NCBI GenBank assembly: GCA_037308085.1 | Contig: CP147779.1 | Span: 1,536,001 to 1,600,000 of the forward strand | Reading direction: 5' to 3' | DNA length: 64,000 bases | Source: Promethearchaeati archaeon SRVP18_Atabeyarchaeia-1 | Lineage (GTDB): Archaea > Asgardarchaeota > Atabeyarchaeia > Atabeyarchaeales > Atabeyarchaeaceae | In this document: in pieces, positions 11,351-21,341 of the stretch | Numbering within the stretch: the first letter of the stretch is position 1 | Layout: every line of letters begins with the position of its first letter | Position numbers and translations under genes: made by a program | The notes under the pieces: generated by a model | What the model was told of the DNA's origin: nothing | The model's input: only the letters and a program-made list of their open reading frames with translations | Database searches by the model: none

Positions 11351-13729
11351 ATGAGCGAATCCGGCGTGATGAAGTCTCCTCCGGTAAATTGGTCCAGCTT
11401 CCTAGAACAGGTTAGGCGGGACTACGAAACGCCGCCTGCAAAGGGTGTGGCTCACGGCCTTCAAAAGGACGCGATCCAGAACGGCTGGGGAGCTCGAGTC
11501 ACAGAAAAAGGACATGGATGGTCACTTGCCTTCGTGCTAATTGCTTCCCCCGATGGAAGGCTCTTTCTAACCGCCACCGACGCAGGCACAACTGGATTGA
11601 CAGGCAAAGTCTATGACAATGCGAGAGACCAATTGCCCGATGCGTTTCCACCAACTGAAAGACTCGCTCGTTTTGAATGCATGTTTGACTCTGGCGGCAA
11701 TGTGGGACCAGGTCTTTTCGGACGCGGTAAGCTCATTTTCAACTGTTCCTCGAAAGAGAACCTAATATACTATGACAGTCTGACGAAAGATGGTAGCTAT
11801 CGGTTCGGTAAGCGGCACATTTTAGGCCGCGATTGCCTGCAGTATGAAAGAGTGTTCGAGAACTACGAGGCTCGCGAGAAACTGAAGGAGCTTACTGGTG
11901 GGATTATCCCAGCACTTGAGCAGCCCGGCACGCGTATTATTATTGTGAATCCTGTCCAAGATGTTCTCGAAGCTATTCACAGTGGAGTTTTCCTTCAGGC
12001 AATCGAAGAGACTTGGTGGGAAATCATTCTCAAGTACAACGCGGATATCTCTGTGACGGACGAACACCTTGGCATCTCTCGAGCGCAACTCCCAAAGGAG
12101 TTTGATGGTCTTCCTGAGAAAGACGCGAATGGCTGGCGAGTTTATTATAGGACAAACGAAATTGTCCAAGTAGGAGATCAGGAGCTTCGCATCAAGCACC
12201 TTCATTTTCTGCTCCCACCTGCTGGACACACTCTTCGCGAGGACCTGCTTGGTATTAGCGTTCACAGGCGAGGAATGAAAATCGGTCCGCTTCAGTTGAG
12301 CGGGATCCCTGATGAGATCAGTGATCGGTTTTTTGGATATGTCCAGCTAATGCCAAACTTCGAAGATCTTCTAGCAGAAGCTGAGAACACGGTTCACTAC
12401 GGTTTTGCCGGGCACAAGTACAAGCCGGTCTACCGTGGTCTCAAGAAAACGGTTCAAGACCACTTGGAGATCTTCATGCAACAACTCGGCTATCGGAAAC
12501 CCGGCGGTGACCCGGACTTGCAAGCGAAGCAATTGATGGAAGAAGCCCAAGCTGACCTTAACAGCATCCTTAATGGTATGGGCATTCCTAGTCTCGGAAC
12601 CGGAACCGAAAGGGAGTCGGGGATTTTCCTTTCAGTGGAGGGTTTGATTTTTCCACGCGAAACCAACTATCTCACGATCGGAGATGAAATCTCCGGGTTC
12701 TGGTACTTGATAAGGAATACATCAGATAGCCCACAATCCATTCGCTTTGAGGTCTTCACAAATGAAAGAGATGCTGGCAGAATTGAACCACTAATTGAAC
12801 AGAAACTAATAACAGTCGGAAGCAAAAAGGAGTTCAAGACTGATAAGCTGAAGATCGCTATTACTGAGCATAAGTATAGAAGGAACACAAAGGTGGGTTG
12901 CACAGCTCTCATTACTGACCGGAATGGAAAGACCGAAAGAAAGACCTTTTTTTTCTACATTGACTTGCAGCCTCCAGAAGAAGAGGAGAACCTTGCAACC
13001 ATCAAATTGAAGTCAGCTGAATGGCCCCGGAAGAACTCCCGAAGAGTTGACTATAACCAATCTGTCCGCAACCTGACTTATGAGGTTGAAAACAACACGG
13101 CGCTTAACATGCGGATGGAACAGAAGATTAAGACGCTGTGGACTGCCGAAAAAGAACCGATCGTGGATATCTTGAGAGAGAACGACGAACTAGGTCCATA
13201 TGAAGCAAGACTTCTCAGGGTGGACCAGATAACGATGTCTCGTGAGCAGTACCAGGATGTTCTCCGCGGGACGATTACTTTGCGGTGCCACGCCATTGCA
13301 CTTGAGACAACCAAACTTTGGGAGAAAGGACATCGTCTGGCAGAGCATAACATCAATTTCTATTTGAATATGGATCCTTCATATGGCTTCTTTGAAGAGC
13401 CTGAGTACTTTGATGGAGGGCCTAATAAGCCCCGCTCGGAGACGCAACCACTTGAAGGATCTCGGTCATGGCGTTTGCGTATTAACAGGACTCATCCGGC
13501 CTATCTTGTGGCTAGGACCAATGAGTTGCATCATAAGAACTATCTTTTTGAGGAAATGGCGCGGCAGACGGTTTGCGTCCTTATTCGTACGAATCAACGT
13601 GACCCAATTAGAAAGCTGGCTGAGCTACATGGCGAGGAAGTCGACCAGATGGAAGCCGAAGATGTTGTTCAGAATGTGGCATACTGCATAACGGACAGGA
13701 TCCTTGCTAAATACTACGAGGGGTATTGA
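11351..13729 (+). CDS. GHKL (MORC/MutL/sacsin-like) ATPase with C-terminal beta-rich (Ig-like) domains
   Basis: N-box KDAIQNGWGA, G1 DAGTTG, G2 GLFGRGK, G3 PGTRI; ENTVH motif; beta-strand-rich C-terminal half. Confidence 0.75.
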   Translation: MSESGVMKSPPVNWSSFLEQVRRDYETPPAKGVAHGLQKDAIQNGWGARVTEKGHGWSLAFVLIASPDGRLFLTATDAGTTGLTGKVYDNARDQLPDAFPPTERLARFECMFDSGGNVGPGLFGRGKLIFNCSSKENLIYYDSLTKDGSYRFGKRHILGRDCLQYERVFENYEAREKLKELTGGIIPALEQPGTRIIIVNPVQDVLEAIHSGVFLQAIEETWWEIILKYNADISVTDEHLGISRAQLPKEFDGLPEKDANGWRVYYRTNEIVQVGDQELRIKHLHFLLPPAGHTLREDLLGISVHRRGMKIGPLQLSGIPDEISDRFFGYVQLMPNFEDLLAEAENTVHYGFAGHKYKPVYRGLKKTVQDHLEIFMQQLGYRKPGGDPDLQAKQLMEEAQADLNSILNGMGIPSLGTGTERESGIFLSVEGLIFPRETNYLTIGDEISGFWYLIRNTSDSPQSIRFEVFTNERDAGRIEPLIEQKLITVGSKKEFKTDKLKIAITEHKYRRNTKVGCTALITDRNGKTERKTFFFYIDLQPPEEEENLATIKLKSAEWPRKNSRRVDYNQSVRNLTYEVENNTALNMRMEQKIKTLWTAEKEPIVDILRENDELGPYEARLLRVDQITMSREQYQDVLRGTITLRCHAIALETTKLWEKGHRLAEHNINFYLNMDPSYGFFEEPEYFDGGPNKPRSETQPLEGSRSWRLRINRTHPAYLVARTNELHHKNYLFEEMARQTVCVLIRTNQRDPIRKLAELHGEEVDQMEAEDVVQNVAYCITDRILAKYYEGY

Positions 13730-13730
13730 C

Positions 13731-14399
13731 ATGGATTTTGCAATAGTAACAGAGAAGTATCCGGGAGGAAATATCAAAACTCTGAGATCGACAGTAAATC
13801 CGATTACTCCTGAGCTCGAACAACGTGCGCTCAGGCTTGATTCCTATCTTGGTAGTAGGATTCCTGCAATTGAGAAAGAGCTTATTGATGCTGGGTTGTT
13901 GGACGAGAAGATCCCAAAAGAAGGAAGCTTCAAGAATCAAGGTAATATATCACTCTGGCATGCCCTCGGATTAAGACTGTCCGCGCTTTGTGACAAGGAA
14001 GGTGTGACTAGTGTTCGAGAGCGGCGCTGGCTCTGGGAGGCGATCGAGAAAATCTATGCGACTGAGCGAATCAAACGAATTGGACGGGGGCGTACCAGGC
14101 GCCACTTCGAGTACTGTTACCAGGTTTCCAGGTATCCGATTGAATTCGCAGACCAGTTGAATTGGGCAGAATGGGTCTATTTTTTTGACTCGCGCACTGT
14201 GAGAGAAGAAACGCGGGTGCACGTATGGCTTATGACCCGTGTGAAAAAAGGCGAGAAAATTGATCGATCCACTTTTCGCGTTTTCACGCAACATCTCAAT
14301 AGGCGGCTCCGCAAACTCGACACTTCGGTTCTCAACAACGAGGAACTATTCGCGATATATGATAGAATATGGCAAGGTGTCAAGACCCCTGGGGAATAA
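13731..14399 (+). CDS. Hypothetical protein resembling the DUF1016/YhcG N-terminal domain, with no nuclease domain seen
   Basis: LWHALG...GRGRTRRHFEYCY..SRYP....QLNWAEW pattern; starts 1 bp after the ATPase stop codon. Confidence 0.55.
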   Translation: MDFAIVTEKYPGGNIKTLRSTVNPITPELEQRALRLDSYLGSRIPAIEKELIDAGLLDEKIPKEGSFKNQGNISLWHALGLRLSALCDKEGVTSVRERRWLWEAIEKIYATERIKRIGRGRTRRHFEYCYQVSRYPIEFADQLNWAEWVYFFDSRTVREETRVHVWLMTRVKKGEKIDRSTFRVFTQHLNRRLRKLDTSVLNNEELFAIYDRIWQGVKTPGE

Positions 14400-14664
14400 A
14401 AGCGGGTCTCCTCGACTCTGGTGAACTCTTATTACGATATTTGAGGTCTTGCTTTAGAAGTCCAATTATCCTTGCTCCAAGGGACTTCGCGAAAAGAAGT
14501 GGTATGGCATTCGCGACTTGTTGGGTTGGGAACGCAGAGTACCTAAGAACAAGTAATCATCTGGAAACGACTGGATGCGTGCTGGTTCCCTCACTGAGAG
14601 CCCTCTATCTTGTTCTGGATGAATGAGCATGCTCTTGCGGAGGTTTGTGAGCGCAGCGCGCGCT

Positions 14665-14791
14665 AGCGCGGTGCTATTCAGCTGATGTCTTGAGGAGGCT
14701 ATTCGTCTTCATGTTGCTCAAAAATGCTTACCACGTTGCGGAGATGTTCAGGTATTTCGTCATACTTTGGGTAATATTGCCAGTTTATCAC
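14665..14791 (-). pseudogene. N-terminal fragment of a putative restriction-endonuclease-like gene
   Basis: [30 protein letters not shown], then after a 1-bp shift [10 protein letters not shown], ending at the palindrome. Family resemblance is from recall only. Confidence 0.4.
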
Positions 14792-14878
14792 TTCTGATAC
14801 CTCCCGTACTGATGTCTGCCTCATTCCTGATAACTGTTCAGAAATGCCGAGAAGTCTCAAGACCTCCTAATTCTCTTG

Positions 14879-15709
14879 TCATTTCTTGAGGAAGTTGGTT
14901 TCGATGAGCGCATCAGTCTCTCTCAAAATCGGTATGAAGGTTTTCGCAACATTCGTTACCATGTAGAAGAAATCTTGTCCTTTATCTGTTAACTTCACTG
15001 ATGAAAGTGCACTTATGTAGCTTTGATATGCATCATGGCTCAATCCATTGTAACGGCAGGCGGTATTCTTCACCTCCTGTATGCCACTAACCAGACGGTG
15101 AATCAACCTAGCCTGAACTTTAGAGCTAACATTTCTTACAACCGCATTCCACATGCCAGATTCTGTAATGCCATTCAGTCGCGTGCTTCTTTCTTTCAGA
15201 AAATGATGATCGCCAACGACCGTGATGATCCCGAACCTAATAGTGCCTAACTGAACAGGACTAGAGATTATTAGTTCTGACTCGACCAGATAGTCCGTGG
15301 CCAATACGAGACTGCTGTGAAAGAGTATTTCCGCATCTTTGTCGCTCTCCGCACCGAGATAACTCGAAAGGTGCTCAGCGTCAATACAGTAAAGGTTCAA
15401 TTTGCCCAAATTCGCGTCTTGAACAGTCTCATCGTTTGACTCATGATAGAAACAGGGCAAGCCCAGCAGTGCGTGTCTTATGTGACAGACTTCGTGAAAC
15501 GCAATAGATCTTTTGGCCCACTCGGGGTACTTCCTCATTTGTGTGGTGTATTCAATTGTAAAACTATCATTTGTAGTTTCGCCTACCACCCACTTTGCTG
15601 GAGGTACGAGCTGTGCGTTCTCTTTTAACACTATGCGCTGTTCAATTCCGTAAAACTTTTTCGCGTCCTCCAACCGCGTCTGAAAGGGCGACAGATCCGT
15701 TTTAGACAT
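14879..15709 (-). CDS. HExxH (zincin-like) hypothetical protein
   Basis: SIAFHEVCHIRH motif. Confidence 0.6.
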   Translation of the reverse strand: MSKTDLSPFQTRLEDAKKFYGIEQRIVLKENAQLVPPAKWVVGETTNDSFTIEYTTQMRKYPEWAKRSIAFHEVCHIRHALLGLPCFYHESNDETVQDANLGKLNLYCIDAEHLSSYLGAESDKDAEILFHSSLVLATDYLVESELIISSPVQLGTIRFGIITVVGDHHFLKERSTRLNGITESGMWNAVVRNVSSKVQARLIHRLVSGIQEVKNTACRYNGLSHDAYQSYISALSSVKLTDKGQDFFYMVTNVAKTFIPILRETDALIETNFLKK

Positions 15710-15738
15710 TCTATCATCCCCGGTACACTTTCTTGCTC

Positions 15739-16012
15739 TCACATCATTGTGATCTTTCCTCTGCCACCCACGTTAAGCTCTCCGAATATTGTGAATTCCG
15801 TTTTCAATTCTGACTCTATCGCCGACATTTACCATCTCAACCTGTCCTCTCCAGAGGCTCAGCTTAATTTCTTTGGTTTCGTCTCTCAGAATTACCTGAG
15901 CGTAAAGGGCCTGCCCAAACCGGGTCTGTATCGTCCTTTCCTCAGATTTTTCAATTATGGTGCCCTCCACGTTTATCTATTCCATCCTTTCGCCAATATC
16001 ACTTATTTTCAA
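15739..16012 (-). pseudogene. Single OB-fold SSB/RPA-like pseudogene
   Basis: LKISDIGERME*INVEGTIIEKSEERTIQTRFG..LRDETKEIKLSLW..GDRVRIENG; in-frame TAG at 15977-15979 plus a frameshift before FGELNVG. Confidence 0.75.
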
Positions 16013-16706
16013 TCTTCATCGTCGTTCCAGCATAATAGTCGCATATCTCATTGTTGGGGCACTCCCTGCACTTTGGATTCTTCGGTTTGCATACAGCAGC
16101 GGCAAAATCCAAAAGGGCAAGATTGAAATCTCTGCCCTTTCCCGGCATAATGAGCCCTGAAACAAAATTCCAAAATTCTGGGTCTGTTCTCGCCCTCTTT
16201 TTCCGCGCCCTTGGTGAGAACACGCGCTGGACGACTCGAATTGCGTTGGTATCCACTAGCGGCACGTCCTCACCTGCTGAAAAACATAGTACTGCATTGG
16301 TAGCATACATGCCAACTCCCGGCAGTTTGAGAAGCTCTTCTTTCTTCAAGGGAATGGTTCCACCGTGGCCAGACACGATACTGTCTGCAAGCTTCTTTAG
16401 GAGCAGTGCCCTTTTGTGCTCTATTCCGAGTGGCTTTATTATTTCTACGATGTCCGAGGTAGACGCCCCTGCCAGAGACGCCACGTTGGGAAATGACTTG
16501 ATGAACTTGGGAAAGATCTCTCTGACCTGATTCCTTGAAGTCTTTCTGAGCAACATCTCAGCTATGAGAATCTCATAGGAATTTCTTGTTCCCCTCCAAG
16601 GGAATGATGATGTGTTCCGTACATGCCATAACAAAAGTGTCTCGGAGAATGCCCGGCTTTTTACCAGAACCGATGTTTCACTACCAGTCACCCGCTTACT
16701 CACCAC
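15999..16706 (-). CDS. HhH-GPD DNA glycosylase with 4Fe-4S cluster (Mig-like T:G mismatch glycosylase / MutY family)
   Basis: FPWR..YEILIAEMLLRKT, HhH LPGVGMY, VDTNAIRV, C-x6-C-x2-C-x5-C; no MutT-like C-terminal domain; directly downstream of Dcm. Confidence 0.85.
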   Translation of the reverse strand: MVSKRVTGSETSVLVKSRAFSETLLLWHVRNTSSFPWRGTRNSYEILIAEMLLRKTSRNQVREIFPKFIKSFPNVASLAGASTSDIVEIIKPLGIEHKRALLLKKLADSIVSGHGGTIPLKKEELLKLPGVGMYATNAVLCFSAGEDVPLVDTNAIRVVQRVFSPRARKKRARTDPEFWNFVSGLIMPGKGRDFNLALLDFAAAVCKPKNPKCRECPNNEICDYYAGTTMKIENK

Positions 16707-16844
16707 TGAGTTTCGAAATGATAGCCTTCAGACTTTCGAGATCTCGATTCCGATAGCTTCCTATTAGAATCCCCCCAACATCCTGTGCGAGCCTCTCGAT
16801 CTGAACCCGATCTAGATAAGCCGACTGGCGTCTACCTGAACTCA

Positions 16845-17954
16845 TCACAGAACGCCTCCTCCTCTACCATCCAACAACCTCCTGATCAAGTGCGCGACCG
16901 CCTCTGCCACGAGCGGAGGGACCGCGTTAGCAACTTGTTGATATTGATCATTCAGCGAACCCATGAACCTAAACCGGTCTGGAAAGCCCTGGAGCCTTGC
17001 AGCCTCTCTGACAGAAAGTATCCTATGTTGCCCAGGATGAAGAAGCATGGCTCTGCGCGCGTGGACTATGGTTGGAGAAGCCCGCCACCTGCACAGCCTG
17101 CGGTAGATGTTACTGTGAAGAGCCTCAAGATTGGAATATCTCCCTTTAATATCCTCAGGTAAGCGCTTCCATGACCTCCGAAGACTCTCTCCTTGCTTTA
17201 TCAAGCGTATCGTGTCGACGACTTCACTACTGTGCACGGTGGAACGATGGTTGTAGAGCTTGGTAGCTCCTTCTAGAAGTCTCTCCACATAGAGGGATCC
17301 ATTCTTCATTGGGTGGACTGCATCATCCTTACCTCCTCCGCCCTCGGGTAGCCGTGGCAAGCCGCAAATCGCCTCTCCGACATGAGTCGGCTCACGATGT
17401 CCCAATAGTGAAAAATCAAACTTAACCCCATTCTTAAAGCCCGCAACAAAAAGTCTTCTTCTTATTTGCGGCACCCCAAACGTCCGCGCGTCGAGATGAG
17501 AAAACGAAAGCGTGTAACCAACATTGCTGAGAGCATTGACAAACGTCTCCCAGGTATTCATGCGCTGAAACCTCACGACATTCTCAAAGAGAAAGCCCTC
17601 AGGCTTGGTCTCTTGAACTATCCTAACAAAATGTGACACCGAGGAAGCGCAGGGGTGTCGATCACCATTGTTCTTGTGCGTATTTGCAGGCGAATACGGC
17701 TGACAGGGAGGCCCACCAACCAGAAACAATCTGTCAAATCCTGCACTAGCCGAGATGTCGACAAGGTCGGCACCATGAACATTCTCTGCATCTCCAAGTA
17801 GACGTACTTCAGGGAAATTGAGCTTGTAAGTCTGAGCGGAAGGAACATCTCGCTCCACAGCAGCAACTATTCTGAATCCAGCTTCCCTGAAGCCTAAACT
17901 AAGCCCGCCGGGACCTGCGAACAGATCTGTGATTGCGACATCTTCGTAAGGCAT
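16845..17954 (-). CDS. dcm: DNA (cytosine-5) methyltransferase
   Basis: DLFAGPGG, GGPPCQ, FENV, PQIRRR, REAARLQGFPD, NAVPP. Confidence 0.95.
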   Translation of the reverse strand: MPYEDVAITDLFAGPGGLSLGFREAGFRIVAAVERDVPSAQTYKLNFPEVRLLGDAENVHGADLVDISASAGFDRLFLVGGPPCQPYSPANTHKNNGDRHPCASSVSHFVRIVQETKPEGFLFENVVRFQRMNTWETFVNALSNVGYTLSFSHLDARTFGVPQIRRRLFVAGFKNGVKFDFSLLGHREPTHVGEAICGLPRLPEGGGGKDDAVHPMKNGSLYVERLLEGATKLYNHRSTVHSSEVVDTIRLIKQGESLRRSWKRLPEDIKGRYSNLEALHSNIYRRLCRWRASPTIVHARRAMLLHPGQHRILSVREAARLQGFPDRFRFMGSLNDQYQQVANAVPPLVAEAVAHLIRRLLDGRGGGVL

Positions 17955-18257
17955 CACGCCGCCCCCCGCACACAAATTAAAGGGCATTCGCTGTGGTGAA
18001 GAGACCCGAACGTGAATTGAACCAATATCCACTAGTCAATGCCAAGCACTTGAAATGACTTCCCCCCGTAATGCATCGAATCCCTGACCACACTGAGCGA
18101 TAGTGGCACAAACGACCCGCCGAGAATTGATTATGGCGTTGCCTTGCCAAGTTTGTGCCAATCATGTCTGTACCACATTCATTTATGAGTAGCGGAGTAT
18201 AAAACTCTAGCTCTTTCTTCAGATGCAGGGACAATGTAAGACTGCTCTCCCAACATT

Positions 18258-19547
18258 CTATTTCTCTACCTGATTCTCTTCGCTATGTTTGTCTTCCCTA
18301 TGTGTCAGACCGATCACTGTCTTCAACGCCTTCTCCAAATCTTCGATCCTCTTCTCCATGTTCTGAATGGCATAAGCCTGAGTGTCGTTTCTGACTCTGA
18401 GCTCTAATACTTCCTCCTTATCTTCAGACTTGACTGCTACTCCGAGTCTCTTATTCATGCTTTCCAAAGCATTTGTCCTGCCAGCCAGGTCGGAGACTAT
18501 ACCCAGTAGTTTCTGATTCTCTTCTCTGATCTCCGCAACATTATCTTTGAGACCGTTACCGTTGCCATTACTGATCGAAAGATAAGGCTCATACTTTAGG
18601 TATTGTTGTTTGACCTCTTCCGACTGATTCTCCCTGTATGCTTTCCCAAGGCTGCCGATAGCATGACCTAACCAGAATTCTATGATCGAATCATTGCATC
18701 CATTCTCCGCCAATATCTTGGAGAAACTTGATCTGAGTGCATGTGGAGTGACATCACTGATCGGCTCATCGCCTTTGATCAATCCTGATCTCTTCGCAAC
18801 ATCTCTGACCATTACTTCCACTGCGCTCCGACTCAGCGGCTCAAAGACCTGGCCCTTTCGACCGTACTCCTTAAAGAATAATGGATCGCTTTTTCTCAAT
18901 TCAATGCCCTGGGCATTCTTCAGGTCTTCAAGGTATGTTTTCAGCGCTGATACTGCGTCGAAACCCAGATACGTGTTGAACCGTGTGTGGGTCTTCTTGC
19001 GAAGTAGATCAAGTCTCAAAGGATGCTCGCTCTCTTCCAGGCCTCTGGCGACATCTCCGTAGGTCAATCCTGTAAGAGTGGAGACATCGATCCCACTCTG
19101 ATACATCACCAAGATCACGGCCCTGTCCCGAATCGACAAGCAGTGATCAAGCATTTTCCTAACGTCTTTGGGAACGAGTTTTCTGCGCCTGAACTTTATC
19201 TCACTGTCTCCCAGATTCATTCTCACTCTCACGTCAAACGTAGCGTAAAAGCTGCGGATCGCCATCACTGCCGACCTAGACGACTCTTCGGTATGATTCT
19301 TCTTCATGTGATTAAGAAACCCTATCAGTGATATTGACACAACATCTCTTCGCTCTCTAACATCCATTCTCTGATCCTCAATCGCTTCGTCTATGACCTG
19401 TCTGGGAGTCTTCTTGATGTATTCGAGATACTGCCTTAGTCTAAGCAGGTAGTTTCGGCGTGTGCGCTCTTTCGATTGCTTCATTATCCACCTGCTAACA
19501 TAAGCGTCCTTCAGTAGTTGCTCATTTACCCCTGTTTCAACCGTCAA
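18258..19547 (-). CDS. Tyrosine recombinase/integrase with C-terminal coiled coil
   Basis: RDRAVIL..SG, RKKT, HALR, WLGH, AY; N-terminal SAM-like region. Confidence 0.9.
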   Translation of the reverse strand: MTVETGVNEQLLKDAYVSRWIMKQSKERTRRNYLLRLRQYLEYIKKTPRQVIDEAIEDQRMDVRERRDVVSISLIGFLNHMKKNHTEESSRSAVMAIRSFYATFDVRVRMNLGDSEIKFRRRKLVPKDVRKMLDHCLSIRDRAVILVMYQSGIDVSTLTGLTYGDVARGLEESEHPLRLDLLRKKTHTRFNTYLGFDAVSALKTYLEDLKNAQGIELRKSDPLFFKEYGRKGQVFEPLSRSAVEVMVRDVAKRSGLIKGDEPISDVTPHALRSSFSKILAENGCNDSIIEFWLGHAIGSLGKAYRENQSEEVKQQYLKYEPYLSISNGNGNGLKDNVAEIREENQKLLGIVSDLAGRTNALESMNKRLGVAVKSEDKEEVLELRVRNDTQAYAIQNMEKRIEDLEKALKTVIGLTHREDKHSEENQVEK

Positions 19548-19690
19548 TACTACCTTCCACGCTCCTAAGAACAGCTCATTTCCCTAGGATTATATGGTGC
19601 CTACTCGATATAAGTATTTCTATATATATACGTCAGTAGGCGCGTTTGGCAAGGTGAAGGGTTTGAAACGACAGCGTCAAACAACCCCGA

Positions 19691-19726
19691 GTTGCAAGCC
19701 CACAAGCTCAAGCGGTGGGTAACTGA
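19691..19726 (+). mobile_element. IS200/IS605-type end relic
   Basis: GCAAGCCCACAAGCTCAAGCGGTGGGTAACTGA imperfect hairpin; related relics near 39390 and 57316. Confidence 0.5.
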
Positions 19727-19772
19727 TGGGAAGAAAGCGCCAATTTTGAGGGTACCATTCAAGAGGGAAACG

Positions 19773-21341
19773 AGCTGTTCGGATGGACTGTATAAATAGA
19801 TGCAACTACATGTAGGTGAATGTGGAACGGCTATGCTCTTCCAGGGAAGCGCCCTTAGTTGCTTGGGTGCCTGCGTCAAGGTCATGCAGGGCGGGGACAG
19901 AGCAGGCAGGAGCCCTGCGAGAAGCCACAAGGACCGAGAAATTACGAGGCGAATAGGAAGCTTCTCCAATCAGTCAAGGAGGCGGGACTATCAGCACCGC
20001 AGTTGCAGCAGCAGATCCAGGGAAGCATCATAGGTGGAAAACTAGAGAAGGCGAAAAGAGGACCATCGCAGTAGAGTACCAGCCATCCAGTAGCATGCTC
20101 AAATACCTTGAAGATATGAAGGACGCATTAGTGGCGTTTCTCGCCCAGGCATACGCCTCAGCCAAGATAAGCGGCCGCCTCTTGATCCCCAACCCGGTTG
20201 CGCTGAGGAGGAGGGTGAAGCCTTGGTTCGACACCCGCTATGAGTATGCGAGGCACCACGTCAATCCTCTCTGCAGGACGGCCGTGGCGCTCCTACGGTC
20301 GTACAGGAAGAGGCATGGGAGACTCGCCATGCCCCAGGTCAGGAGGCTAGCCATGAGGATCGACTCCGAGCTCTTCCGCCTCACACTGAACCCCGGCGGA
20401 AGCGTGACCGTCAGGGTCACCCTGAAGCCTTTCACCTACGAGTATATCACCTTCATTCCAGGTCACAAGAAGTGGAGCGAGTACAGCGCTGCAGGGGAGG
20501 CGTGCGAGATCCTGTTGACGGACAGGAAACTCTGCGTCACCTTCGCCCTAGGGCGTAGTAGCGGGAAGCCCCTGGCTGCGAGGCTGGCTGGTTTGGACCT
20601 CAACTTTCACAGCGCAGACTCCTCAGCGTTCAGCAGCGGTAGCATGGGGCTGGAGTCACCTCACACCAACTCCCTTAACAGGGTGGTGCAGGTTCAGAAC
20701 GACTTCTCGAGGAGGCGGAGGCGCATCCAACTGCACGTCAGGAACCCGGGGAAGAGAGAGAGGAAGCTTGAGGAGACGAGGGGCAGACAGAGAGACAGGG
20801 TTAAGGATGCGCTCCACAAGCTGTCAACCAGGATCGTCCGAGAGAACCCTGGCACATCATTCATCTTCGAGGACTTGAAGGGCATTAGGCAGGGAAGACG
20901 AAGAGGCCGGCATGATCGGGCAGGCGGTAGGAGGCTGAGGACGTACCTGAACCGCTGGCCCTACAGAGCCTTCCAGAGCATGGTGGAGTACAAGAGCCGG
21001 TGCAGGACGCTGTACGTTAGCCCGAGGGGGACCTCATCGAAGTGTCCCGTCTGCGGTGGAAAACTTGAGCACCCAGCTTGGGCAATAAGCAGATGCAGAA
21101 CATGCGGCGTGGACTACGACCGGGACAGGCTCGCCTCCCTGGCGATACTCCAGCGCGGTCTGCGCCTATGCGGCCAACCGTTTGCCGTGAGTGCGGCTGC
21201 CTCTTGGCAGCAGATGAGGAGTGAATACCTGTACACCCCCGGAGTGCCCAAGGCCGGGGGAGCAGGCGGGACCAAGCATGCTGCCAACGCACCGAATAGA
21301 AGTGCGGCCAACCTCCACGAATTTCCACATTTCTAGAAACG
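19773..21341 (+). mobile_element. IS607-like element with internally deleted tnpA and intact tnpB
   Basis: TnpA relics (VERLCSSREA / LGACVKVMQGGDRAGR HTH-like, then RSH); periodic T(T/C)TCCAC-type repeats at the right end; GAAACG at both junctions. Confidence 0.65.
20095..21336 (+). CDS. tnpB: TnpB RNA-guided nuclease
   Basis: RuvC-I GLDLN, RuvC-II FEDL, Zn finger CPVC..CRTC, RuvC-III DRD. Confidence 0.92.
   Translation: MLKYLEDMKDALVAFLAQAYASAKISGRLLIPNPVALRRRVKPWFDTRYEYARHHVNPLCRTAVALLRSYRKRHGRLAMPQVRRLAMRIDSELFRLTLNPGGSVTVRVTLKPFTYEYITFIPGHKKWSEYSAAGEACEILLTDRKLCVTFALGRSSGKPLAARLAGLDLNFHSADSSAFSSGSMGLESPHTNSLNRVVQVQNDFSRRRRRIQLHVRNPGKRERKLEETRGRQRDRVKDALHKLSTRIVRENPGTSFIFEDLKGIRQGRRRGRHDRAGGRRLRTYLNRWPYRAFQSMVEYKSRCRTLYVSPRGTSSKCPVCGGKLEHPAWAISRCRTCGVDYDRDRLASLAILQRGLRLCGQPFAVSAAASWQQMRSEYLYTPGVPKAGGAGGTKHAANAPNRSAANLHEFPHF

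Noticed and set aside
19548-19690. tRNA/att site next to the integrase
   Set aside because: No tRNA-like sequence or direct-repeat partner found within the window.
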